A DNA stretch of 64,000 nucleotides from positions 99,760,001-99,824,000 of the forward strand of contig CM059431.1 in assembly GCA_030390025.1 (NCBI GenBank). The letters run 5' to 3'. Below, piece by piece: positions 50,565 to 61,777 of this stretch (its first letter is position 1; every line of letters starts with the position of its first letter). The DNA is from Squalus acanthias. Lineage: Eukaryota. The position numbers were made by a program, and so were the translations under genes. The notes beneath the pieces are model-generated. The model was given only the letters and a program-made list of their open reading frames with translations, ran no database searches and had not been told where the DNA came from.

Positions 50565-51945
50565 AACTTGCATAGAACCTTGGTTAGACCAACTGTGCAC
50601 AGTTCTAGTCTACATATCACACTTGGAGTACTGGGCATAGTCCTGGTCTCCATATTACAAAAGGGACATAGAGGCACTGGAGAAAGTGCAAAATAGATTT
50701 ACAAGGTTGATACCAGAACTGAGAGATTACAACTATCAGGAAAGATTGAACAGGCTGGGGCTCTTTACTCTAGAGAAGAGAAGGCTGAGGTCTTTAAAAT
50801 TATGAAGGGGTTCGATAGGGTAGACGTAGAGAAGATGTTTCCACTTGCGGAGGAGACCAAAACTAGGGGCCATAAATATAAGATAGTCACTAATAAATCC
50901 AATCGGGAATTCAGGAGAAATATCTTTACAAAGAATGAGAATGTGGAACTCGCTCCCACAGGGAGTGGTTGAGGCGAATAGCAGAGATGCATTTAAGGGG
51001 AAGCTGGATAAACACACGAGGGAGAAAGGAATAGAAGGTTGTGCTGATGGTGTTAGATGAAGTAGGGTGGGAGGAGGCTCATGTGGAGCATAAACACCGG
51101 CTTGGAGCAGTTTGGATGATTGGCCTGTTTCTGTGCTGTATATCCTATCTCCATTCTTTCCTCTGACAGCCGGCTGGAGTATATTTTCACAGGGATTTGA
51201 GCTTACTCACCCATGAGCCTTCGCATTGAGTGTTCACAGGACAGGCGAGCAGGAGAAACCTCACAGCTGAGCCTGATGCTGTCCTCTGCCACATCCACAC
51301 CTCTAGCATGGTACGGGATCATGGGCTTTAAAAATAGAGGCATCGAGTACGAAAGCAAGGAAGTTATGCTGAACCTTTATAAATCACTGGTTAGGCCTCA
51401 GCTGGAGTACTGTGACCAATTCTGGGCACGACACTTTAGAAAGGACATCAAAGCCTTGGAGAGGGTCCAGATTTACTAGAATGGTCCCAGGGAGGAGAGA
51501 CTTCAGTTACGTGGAGAGACTTGAGAAGCTGGGATTGTTCTCCTTAGAGCAGAGAAGGTCAAGAGAACAATTTAATAGAGGTGTTCAAAATTATGAAGGG
51601 TTTTGATAGATTAAATAAGTAGAAACTGTTTCTAGTGGCAGGAGGGTGGGTAACCAGAGGACACAGATTGAAGGTAATTGGCAAAAGAACCAGAGGGGGA
51701 GATGAGGAGAATTTTTATTTTACACAGCGAGATGTTGTGATCTGCAATGCGCTGCCTGAAAGGGCGGTGGAAGCAGATTCAATAGTGACTTTCAAAAGGG
51801 AATTCATATACTAGAAGGGGAAAAAATTGCAGGGCTCTGGGGAAAGAGCAGGGGGGAGCGGGACTAATTGGAGAGCTCTTTCAAAGAGCCGGCACAGGCA
51901 CGATGGGCCGAATGGCCTCCTTTCTGTGCTGTGCGATTCTCTGAT
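50565..51945 (+). mobile_element. Two CR1 3' fragments (50565-51150 and 51325-51945)
   Basis: YKSLVRPQLEYC motif, RLRGDL-type segments and tails. Confidence 0.75.
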
Positions 51946-52454
51946 TGAGACCAATTTGTGACGCCTCTCAGCTGTGACCGGTTAACACAGCACAGGCCGA
52001 GGGTCAAACCTGGGACCTTGGCGATCCGTGAGGCTCTGCTTCTCACCGGGTAAAATCATTAAATCATCGAGGAGCTGCACAGTGGGAGGAGCTGTTAACA
52101 AAGTGATTTGAAAGGTTCCATTTTATTTTCTGCAATGTAATAAAAGAGTTTTCTCAGCAGCTGCGCGGAGACTTGCAACAGACTGCCAGAGAGTTAGAAA
52201 CACAGAAATGCTGGAAATGAGCAGTGGTTCTGTTGAAGAGCTACCCCATCTGATCCGCCAACCTTTCTTTCTCTTCCCGATGCTGTCTGATCTGCCGCAG
52301 ATTCCAACATCTATTGTTTTCGATTCAGACTTCCAATATACATGTTGCCCTTTTCTTTAATCCCTATCACAGCAGTGACCATTCAATGCAACAGAATCAT
52401 CCACTTCACTGTATTAAGTACACCAACAGTTCATAAAAAGTGCAGTGTTTCCAA

Positions 52455-53303
52455 TAGAAAGACGTGCATTTCTATAGCGCCTTTCACAATCTCCGGACGT
52501 CCAAAAGTGCTTTACAGCTGGTGACTTACTTTTTGAAGTGTAGTCACTGTTGTAATGTAGGAAATGCGGCAGCCAATTTGCGCTCAGCAAACTCCCACAA
52601 ACAGCAATGTGATAATGGTCAGGTAATCTGTTTATAGTGATGTTGGTTGAGGGATAAATATTGGCCACAGGACACTGGAGAGATCCTGCTCTTCTTCGAA
52701 GTAGTGGCCGCAGGATCTTTTACATCCAGCTGAGAGAGCAGACAGGGCCTCGGTTTAACATCTCATCCGAAAGACGGCACCTCCAACAGTGCAGCGCTCC
52801 CTCAGTACTGCCCCTCCGACAGTGCAGCGCTCCCTCAGTACCGCCCCTCCGACAGTGCAGCGCTCCCTCAGTACTGCCCCTCCGACAGTGCGGCTCTCCC
52901 TCAGTACTGCCCCTCCGACAGTGCGGAGCTCCCTCAGTACTGCCCCTCCGACAGTGCAGCGCTCCCTCAGTACTGCCCCTCCGACTGTGCAGCGCTCCCT
53001 CAGTACTGCCCCTCCGACAGTGTGGCACTCCCTCAGTACTGGCCCTTCCGACAGTGCATCGCTCCCTCAGCACTGCCCCTCCGACAGTGCAGCGATCCCT
53101 CAGTACTGCCCCTCCGGCAGTGCGGTGCTCCCTCAGTACTGCCCCTCCGATAGTGCGGCACTCCCTCAGTACTGCCCCTCCGACAGTGCAGCACTCCCTC
53201 AGTACTGCCCCTCCGACAGTGCAGCGCTCCCTCAGTACTGCACTGGGAGTGTGAGCCTGGATTTTGTGCTCAAGTCTCTGGTGTGGGACTTGAATTCACA
53301 ACC
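52455..53303 (-). mobile_element. DeuSINE with 33-bp array (52777-53245, about 14 units)
   Basis: Deu domain, array and partial head abutting the CR1 tail. Confidence 0.85.
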
Positions 53304-53384
53304 ATAGAAACATAGAAGATAGGAGCAGGAGTAGGCCATTCAGCCCCTCGAGCGTGTTCCGCCATTTAATGAGATCATGGCTGA

Positions 53385-56190
53385 TCATCCAAATTCAGTA
53401 CCCTGTCCCTGCTTTATCCCCATATCCCTTGATCCCTTTAGTCTTAATATATCTAACTCCTTCTTGAATATATTTAATGAATTGGCCTCAACTGCCTTCT
53501 GTGGTAGAGAATTCCACAGGTTCACCACTCTCTGGGTGAAGAAATTCCTCTTCATCTCAGTCCCAAATGGCTTACCCCTTATCCTTAGACTGTGACCCCT
53601 GGTTCTGGACTCCTCCGCCATCAGGAACAGCCTTCCTCCATCTAGACTGTCTAGTCCTGTTAGAATTTTATAAGTTTCAATGAGATCCCCTCTCATTCTT
53701 CGAAACTCTAGCGAATATAAGCCTAATCGACCCAATCTCTCCTCATACGTCATTCCTGCCATCCCAGGTATCAGTCTGGTGAATCTTCGCTGCAACTCTC
53801 TCCATGGCAAGAACATCCTTCCTCAGAAAAGGCGACTAAAACTGCATACAATACTCAAGGTGTGGTCTCACCAAGGCCCTGTACAACTGCAGCAAGACAT
53901 CCTTGCTCCTGTACTCGAATCCTCTCGCTATGAAGGCCAACATACCATTTGCCTTCTTAACCGCCTGCTGCACCTGCATGCTTACCTTCAGCGACTGGTG
54001 CACAAGGACACCCAGGTCTCGTTGCACTTCCCCTTTTCCCAATCTATTGCCGTTCAGATAATAATCTGTCTTCCTGTTTTTGCCACCGAAGTGGATAACC
54101 TCGCATTTATCAACATTATACTGCATTTACCATGCATCTGCCCAATCACCTAACCTGTCCAAATCATACTGGAGTTTCTCGGCATCCTCCTCACAGCACA
54201 TACGCCCACCCAGCTTTGTGTCATCTGCAAACTTGGAGATATTACATCTAGTTCCCTCATCTAGATGATTTATATATATTGTGAATAGCTGGGGTCCTAG
54301 CACCGATCCCTGCGGTACCCCACTAGTCACTGCCTGCCACTCGGAAAAAGACCCGTTTATTCCAACTCTTTGCTTCCTGTCTGCCAACCAGTTCTCTATC
54401 CAAGACAGTACCTCACCCCCAATCCCATGTGCTTTAACTTTGCACGCTAATCTCTTATGTGGGACCTTATCGAAAGTCTTCTGAAAGTCCAAATACACCA
54501 CATCCACTGGTTCTCCCTTATCTATTCTACCAGTTACATCCTCAAAAAATTCCAGAAGATTAGTCAAGCATGATTTACCTTTTGTAAATCCATGTTGACT
54601 TTGTCCGATCCTGTCACTGTTTTCCAAGTGCTCTGCTATTACATCTTTTACAATGGACTCTAGCATTTTCCCCACTACCGATGTCAGACTTACCGGTCTA
54701 TAATTCCCCGTTTTCTCTCTACCACCTTTTTTAAATAGTGGGGTTACATTAGCTATCCTCCAATCCATGGGAACTGTTCCAGAGTCTATAGAATTTTGGA
54801 AGATGACCAGCAATGCATCTACTATTTCTAGGGCCACTTCCTTAAATACCCTAGGATGTAGATTATGATGCCCTGGGGATTTATTGGCCTTCAATCCCAT
54901 CAATTTCCCTAACACCATTTCCCTACAAATACTGATTTCATTCAATTCCTCCCTCTCATTAGACCCTATGTTCCCCGACATCTCTGGGAGGTTATTTGTG
55001 TCCTCCTTTGTGAAGACAGAACCAAAGTATGTATTTAATTGGTCTGCCATTTCTTTGTTCCCCATTATAAATTCCCCTGATTCTGACTGCAAGGGACCTA
55101 CGCTTGACTTCACCAATCTTTTTCTCTTCACATATCTATAGAAGCTTTTACAGTCAGTTTTTATGTTCCCTGCAAGCTTACTCTCATATTCTATTTTCCC
55201 CCTCTTAATTAATCCCTTTGTCCTCTTTTGCTGAATCCTAAACTGCTCCCAATCCTCAGGTTTGCTGCTTTTTCTGGCCAAATTATATGTCCTCTCCTTG
55301 GATCTTATGCTATCCCTAATTTCCCTTGTTAGCCACAGTTGAGTCACCTTTTTTGTTTTATTTTTATGCCAAACAGGGATGAACAAATTCTGTAGTTCAT
55401 CCATGCGATCTTTAAATGTTTGCCATTGCCTATCCACCGTCAACACTTTAAGTAACGTTCCCCAATCCATCCTAGCCAATTCGTGCCTCATACCATCATA
55501 GTTTCCTGTATTTAAATTCAGGACCCTAGTCTCTGAGTCAACTACTTCACTCTCCATTTTAATGAAGAATTCTATCATATTATGATTGCTCCTCCCCAAG
55601 GGGCCTCGCACAACAAGATTGCTAATTAATCCTTTCTCATTACATAATACCCAGTCTAAGATGGCCTGATCTCTAGTTGGTTCCTCGACATATTGGTCCA
55701 GGAAACCTTCCCGTATACATTCTAGGAATTCCTCCTCCACAGTATTGTTACTAATTTGGTTAGCCCAATCTATATGTAGATTAAAGTCACCCATGATAAC
55801 TGCTGTGCCCTTATTGCACGCATCTCTAATTTCCCATTTAATGCCATCCCCAACCTCAGCATTACTGTTTGGGGGTCTGTATACAACTCCCACTAATGTT
55901 TTCTGCCTCTTGGTATTTCTCAGCTCTGCCCATACAGATTCCACATCATCAGAGCTAATATCCTTCCTTACAATTCTGTTAATCTCCTCTTTAACCAGCA
56001 ATGCTACCCCACCTCCTTTTCCTTTTTTCCTGTCCTTCCTGAATATTAAATACCCCTGGATGTTGAATTCCCAGACTTGGTCATCCTGGAGCCATGTCTC
56101 CGTCATCCCAATTATATCATATCCGTTTACATCTATTTGTGCAGCTAATTCATCCACCTTATTACGAATGCTCCTTGCATTAAGACACAA
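53385..56190 (-). pseudogene. CR1 ORF2 AP-endonuclease / reverse transcriptase
   Basis: 687 open codons (LNARSI, TETW, YRPP, GDFN, SNH, YLDFQK, FADD), then a premature stop at 54127-54129 and further breaks near 53836 and 53800. Confidence 0.93.
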
Positions 56191-56528
56191 AGCCTTCAGG
56201 CTTGATTTTTTAACACTCTTGGTCCTTTTAGAATTATTATTTACTGTAGCCCTGTTTGATTTACACCCTTGATTTCTCTGCCTTCCACTTTTGCTTTTCT
56301 CCTTCCTGTCTTTTGTTTCTATCCTTGCTTCCCTTTCCTCTGTCTCCCTGCACAGGTTCGCAACCCCCTGCCATTTTAGTTTAAACCCTCCCCAACAGGA
56401 CTAGCAGACACTCCCGCTAGGACATCGGTTCCGGTCCCGCCCAGGTGCAAACCGTCCAGTTTGTACTGGTCCCACCTCCCCCAGAACCGGTTCCAATGTC
56501 CCAGGAATTTGAATCCCTCCCCCTTGCA

Positions 56529-56810
56529 TCATTCCTCTAGCCACGTATTCATCTGAAATATCCTTCTATTACTACTCTGATTAGCACGTGGCACTGGTAG
56601 CAATCCTGAGATTACTACCTTTGAGGTCCTATTTTTTAATTTACTTCCTAACTCCCTATATTCAGCTTTTAGGACCTCATCCCGTTTTTTACCTGTATCA
56701 TTGGTACCTATATGCACCACGACAACTGGCTGTTCACCCTCCCCCTCCAGAATGCCCTGCAGCCGCTCCAAGACATCCTTGCCCCTTGCACCAGGGAGGC
56801 AACATACCAT
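56529..56810 (-). pseudogene. CR1 ORF1 SGNH-esterase-like domain remnant
   Basis: VCCLPGAR...VVVHIGTND...VVISGLLPVP motifs. Confidence 0.85.
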
Positions 56811-57807
56811 CCTGGAGTCTCGTTTGCGGCCGCAGATATGCCTATCTATTCCCCTTACAATTCCCCTTCTGACTCATTGCGCTATCATTGAGCCATGACT
56901 GACACTAAGAGCTATCAGTGGGGGAGAGCGGCAAAAAGTCCAACCAGAGCATCGACATCAAATTGGTTAAACTTACTGACCAAAATAAAAAAAACCTAAG
57001 TACTTAAAGTGCTGAAGGCAGAAACACAGTATTGTTACACAATCTCAGCAGCTAATGCAGTTCTCGGATTGGAGAACATGCCCGGGGTAATACTCGGGAT
57101 GTCATTTTTAGCCACGATTAGGACAATTGGATTTAATTTTTCACAGAAGAAACAAAGAGAATCGTGGGCTTTGATCCTGGGAGCACGAGTAAAATAAATC
57201 CCTTGTAAAAAAAAATCGGAATTTGACTTATTCAGTCCAAATTCCTTCAAAGAATAAGGTCACTAGATGACACGGTAGTGGGTGCAAATATAGCAGGTGA
57301 TGTCTGTGAATGTAAGGATGCAATGTGGACTCGAGACAGAAAGAAAACAGCAAATTGTCGTCTGTGTATGAATGGGGGTGAGGACAACATTCCAGCCACG
57401 CTTTGAATTCTGCCAGAGCAGCCTGGCTGCCTGAAGGTCATAGAACGGGAGCCGTCTCTGGAAGTTAATGCACTGATGACATTTACCACAGCGAGAGTGC
57501 CTTCAGGATTCTCCTGCCCAGCAAGCTCGCTGATCACAAGCCAGGAGCCTCTCGTGGAAGCTCAAGAGTGGAAATTGAGTTGCTTCCCCCCGTGGGGAAG
57601 GAGAGAAAATCAGAGGATGAGTCACCCCGGGCTTCTCTCGCACACCTCCCGGCTGTCTGGTACCAGCGTCGCGTTGGCACCAAGCTCAGTCTGTCAGCCA
57701 AGAAATGATACCCATCACTGGAGGGAGGAAAGAAAGAGCGAGGAGAGAAAAGAACTAAAATGTACAATTTAAAAAATAATTCTGCAGCTACAATATCAGT
57801 GGACGAT

Positions 57808-57905
57808 GCAGTGTCACATCTGTACACGTTCCTCACCATTTTCAAAATCTTATTGTTGAAATACAGGAGACACTCTTGTGACTTGTCTCCTGTTCTCATT
57901 TTCCC
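57808..57905. repeat. Copy 1 of a ~95-bp local duplication (copy 2 at 59381-59477)
   Basis: tcacatctgta...ttctcatt shared with about 5 substitutions; contains a 10-bp inverted repeat. Confidence 0.85.
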
Positions 57906-58235
57906 TCAAGTTGGCAGGCCTGTGTAAACATTTATGAAATTAAGAAATATTTGTATCTATCATTCGATAGTAACTTTCAAAATAGGAATTGGATATGTAC
58001 TTCAAAAGAAATGTATTTGCAGGGCTATGGGGAAAGAGCAGGGGGGAGTGGGACTAATTGGAGAGCTCGTTCAAAGAGCCGGCACAGGCACGATGGGCCG
58101 AATGGCCTCCTCCTGTGCTGTATCATTCTATAAGTATTCGAGTACATTTCCTTTGCAGACATTGTAAATAAGTGTTATCAGTTAGTAATTTTGTGCCTTG
58201 GGAATAAAAATAACAATTCCACTCTGCCTGCTCCT

Positions 58236-59325
58236 TCAGCTGTGGCAACCGTGGCTCTCTCTGAGTCAGAAGAGACTTGAGCACAAAGCCCTAGGCTGAC
58301 ACTTCCAGTGCAGTACTGAGGGAGCGCCGCACTGTCGGAGGGGCAGTACTGAGGGAGCGCCGCACTGTCGGAGGGGCAGTACTGAGGGAGCGCCGCACTG
58401 TCGGAGGGGCAGTACTGAGGGAGCGCCGCACTGTCGGAGGGGCAGTACTGAGGGAGCGCCGCACTGTCGGAGGGGCAGTACTGAGGGAGCGCCGCACTGT
58501 CGGAGGGGCAGTACTGAGGGAGCGCCGCACTGTCGGAGGGGCAGTACTGAGGGAGCGCCGCACTGTCGGAGGGTCAGTACTGACGGAGTGCCGCACTGTC
58601 GGAGGGGCAGTGCTGAGGGAGCGGCGCACTGTCGGAGGGGCAGTACTGAGGGAGCGCCGCACTGTCGGAGGGTCAGTACTGAGGCAGCGCTGCACTGTCG
58701 GAGGGGCAGTACTGAGGGAGCGCCGCACTGTCGGAGGGGCAGTACTGAGGGAGCGCCGCACTGTCGGAGGGGCAGTACTGAGGGAGTGCCGCACTGTCGG
58801 AGGGTCAGTACTGAGGGAGCGTCGCACTGTCAGAGAGGCAGTACTGAGGGAGCGCCGCACTGTCGGAGGGGCAGTACTGAGGGAGCGCCGCACTGTCGGA
58901 GGGGCAGTACTGAGGGAGTGCTGCACTGTCGGAGGGGCAGTACTGAGGGAGCGCCGCACTGTCGGAGGGGCAGTACTGAGGGAGCGCTGCACTGTCAGAG
59001 GTGCCATCTTTCGGATGAGACGTGAAACCAAGATCCCGTCTGCTTTCTCAGGTGGATGTAAAAGATCCCATGGCACTATTTAGAAGAAGAGCAGGGGAGT
59101 TCTCCCCAGTGCCCTGGCTAATATTTATCCCTCAACCAACATAACAAAAACAGATTATCTGGTCATTATCACATTGCTGTTTGTGGGAGCTTGCTGTGCG
59201 CAATTTTGGCTGCCGCGTTTCCCACATTACAACAGTGACTACACTTCGAAAAGTACTTCATTGGCTGTAAAGCGCTTTGGGACGTCCAGTGATCATGAAA
59301 GGCGCTATAGAAATGCAATTCTTCC
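58236..59325 (+). mobile_element. DeuSINE with 33-bp array (58307-59004, about 21 units)
   Basis: Partial head, array in the opposite orientation to the other five, Deu domain and tail. Confidence 0.87.
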
Positions 59326-60083
59326 TTTTTTTTCTCCTGGTGCACACTGGGTTTACACATCAGGAAATGAACATTAACAGGCAGACTCACATCTGTATAC
59401 CTTCCTCACCATTTTCATCATCTTATTGTTGATATACAGGAGACACTCTTGTGACTTGTCTCCTGTTCTCATTTCCCAATACACACTCCAGACATGCACA
59501 ACTGGCACAGACGAATTGTTACCCCTCCACTTTTTCTGCCCCCCCACAATAGTTGCTGTTCCTGTCAACATACAGACCCAACGTTAAAGGTTTTGTTGCT
59601 TGTTATGTCTTGGTTAATCAGCAATTAACAAGTCGTGTGAAAGCTCGTTCACACCTTATGTTAATTTTTGCCAATTGAACTTGGTGCTAATTTATCGAAA
59701 GGAGCCAACACAGTCCGATGAGTGAGTAAAGCAGGTCTTTCAGATGAGACGTTAAACTGAGGCTCTGCCTGCCCTCTCAGGAGGAGGTAAAAGAGCCCAT
59801 GGTACTATTTTGAAGAAGACATCACTGCAAGGGTTCCTCAGGGCAGTGTCCTAGGTCCAACCATCTTCAGCTGCTTCATCAATGACCTTCCCTCCATCAT
59901 AAGGTCAGAAGTAGGGATATTCGCTGATGATTGCACAATGTTCAGTGCCATTCGCAACTCCTCAGATAATGAAGAAGTCTATGCTCGCATGCAGCAAGAC
60001 CTGGACAACATTAAAGCTTGGGCTGATAAGTGGCAGGTAACATTCACGCCACACAAGTGCCAGGCAATGACCATCTCCAACAA

Positions 60084-60270
60084 TGCGGAGATGCCGGTGT
60101 TGGACTGGGGTGGACAAAAGTGAGAAGTCGCACAACACCAGGTTATAGTCCAACAGTTTTATTTGAAATCACAAGCTTTCGGAGCGGCTGCTCCTTCGTC
60201 AGGTCCGAAAGCTTGTGATTTCAAATAAAACTGTTGGACTATAACCTGGTGTTGTGCGACTTCTCACTTT
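60084..60270. mobile_element. Short Penelope-like insertion with inverted terminal segment
   Basis: 12-bp TSD catctccaacaa (60072-60083, 60271-60282); perfect 67-bp inverted repeat 60117-60183 / 60204-60270. Confidence 0.75.
60170..60204 (-). ncRNA. Minimal hammerhead-ribozyme-like motif (5'-truncated)
   Basis: The - strand reads ac CUGACGA a ggagc agcc gcucc GAAA gcUU gug: both core boxes, a 5-bp stem II and a palindromic AAGCUU in place of stem III. Confidence 0.55.
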
Positions 60271-61777
60271 CATCTCCAACAAGAGAGAGTCTAACCACCT
60301 TTCCATGACATTCGATGGCATTACCATCGGCGAATCCCCCATCATCAACATCCTGGGGGTCACCATTGACCAGAAACTTAACTGGACCAGCCACATAAAT
60401 ACTGTGGCAACAAGAGCAGGTCAGAGGCTAGGTATTCTGCAAATCCTGACTACCCAAAGCCTTTCCACCATCTACAAGGCACAAGTAAGCAGTGTGATGG
60501 AATACGCTCCACTTGCCTGGATGAGTGCAGGTCCAACAACACTCAAGAAGCTCGACACCATCCAGGACAAAGCAGCCCACTTGATTGGCACCCCATCCAC
60601 CACCTTAAACATTCACTCCCTCCACCACCAGCGCACTGTGGCTGCAGTGTGTACCATCTACAAGATGCACTGCAGCAACTCGCCAAGGCTTCTTCGGCAG
60701 CACCTCCCAAACCCGCAACCTCTACCACCTAGAAGGACATGGGCAGCAGGCGCATGGGAACACCACCACCTACAAGTTCCCCTCCAAGTCACACACCATC
60801 CTGACTTGGAAATATATCGTCCATTACTTCATCGTCACTGGGTCAAAATCCTGGAACTCCCTCCCTAACAGCACTGTGGGAGTACCTTCACCACACGGAC
60901 TGCAGTGGTTCAAGGTGGCGGCTCACCACCACCTTCTCAAGGGCAAATAGGGATGGGCAATAAATGCCAGCCTTGCCAGTGACGCCCACATCTCGTGAAT
61001 AAATAAATAAAAAACAAGAGCTGGGGAGTTCTCCCCGGTGTCCTGGGGCCAATATTTATCCCTCAACCAACATCACTAAAAAATGGATTATCTGGTTATT
61101 ATCACATTGCTGTTTATGGGAGCATGCTGTGCGCAAATTGGCTGCCACGTTTCCTACATTACAACAATGACTACACTTCCAAAAGATTTTGTTCTCTTTT
61201 TTCCTGCTCAGAGCTTAGTGATTTTACGAATAGGAGCAGCTGTATAAACCAGATGGAAGTTTTTGAGATGTGTGGCATTCCCGAGATGCAAAGCATCACC
61301 GACTGAACTCGTGAGCCTTTCCTGCACCTGTTGCCAAATGCTGCCCCTTTTATTAGAAAAATTCTTGCTCCATTAACAGGCAAATGGTGTGTGATCGCGG
61401 GCACAGAATTGCGCAATGAAATGCTTGTCGGCTGTACAGTGCTCGCATGGTGCACATCCTGAGGGAGTTAAGCATGACTCAAATATCTCAGCGGGGAAAC
61501 AGAACTCAAGACTGGCTACTGAGAGACCCCGGGTATATATTATAATCATGGCTCATGCTACCTCTTACGGAACTCCATACCCTTCAAAAAAGGGAATTTG
61601 ATAAAAAGAGCCCAACTTTGGGCACCCGAAGCAACAGTGCCAATAATTACTGAACCAGCAATGTATTTCAGTTCTCTATGTCACCTTTAGACCAATCTTG
61701 GTTAAAGACCTGTTTATTCTGACACATTCAGAATGAGAAAGTAACTGCAGAACTCCACACAAAACACAACCTGAAGG

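Larger units (their letters stand above)
53304..56862 (-). mobile_element. Near-complete CR1 LINE (partial ORF1 plus whole ORF2)
   Basis: Tail at 53304; ORF2 about 56190-53385; ORF1 remnant about 56860-56370. Confidence 0.95.
59735..61182 (+). mobile_element. DeuSINE fragment split by a LINE family 2 copy (59819-61015)
   Basis: SINE breaks at ttgaagaaga and resumes at aagagctggggag; the LINE has VPQGSVLGP and FADD motifs and an A-rich tail. Confidence 0.82.

Noticed and set aside
59355..59425. Box C/D snoRNA on the - strand (ATGATGA...CTGA)
   Set aside because: No clear terminal stem, box C is not kept in the duplicate copy, and I recognise no rRNA guide.
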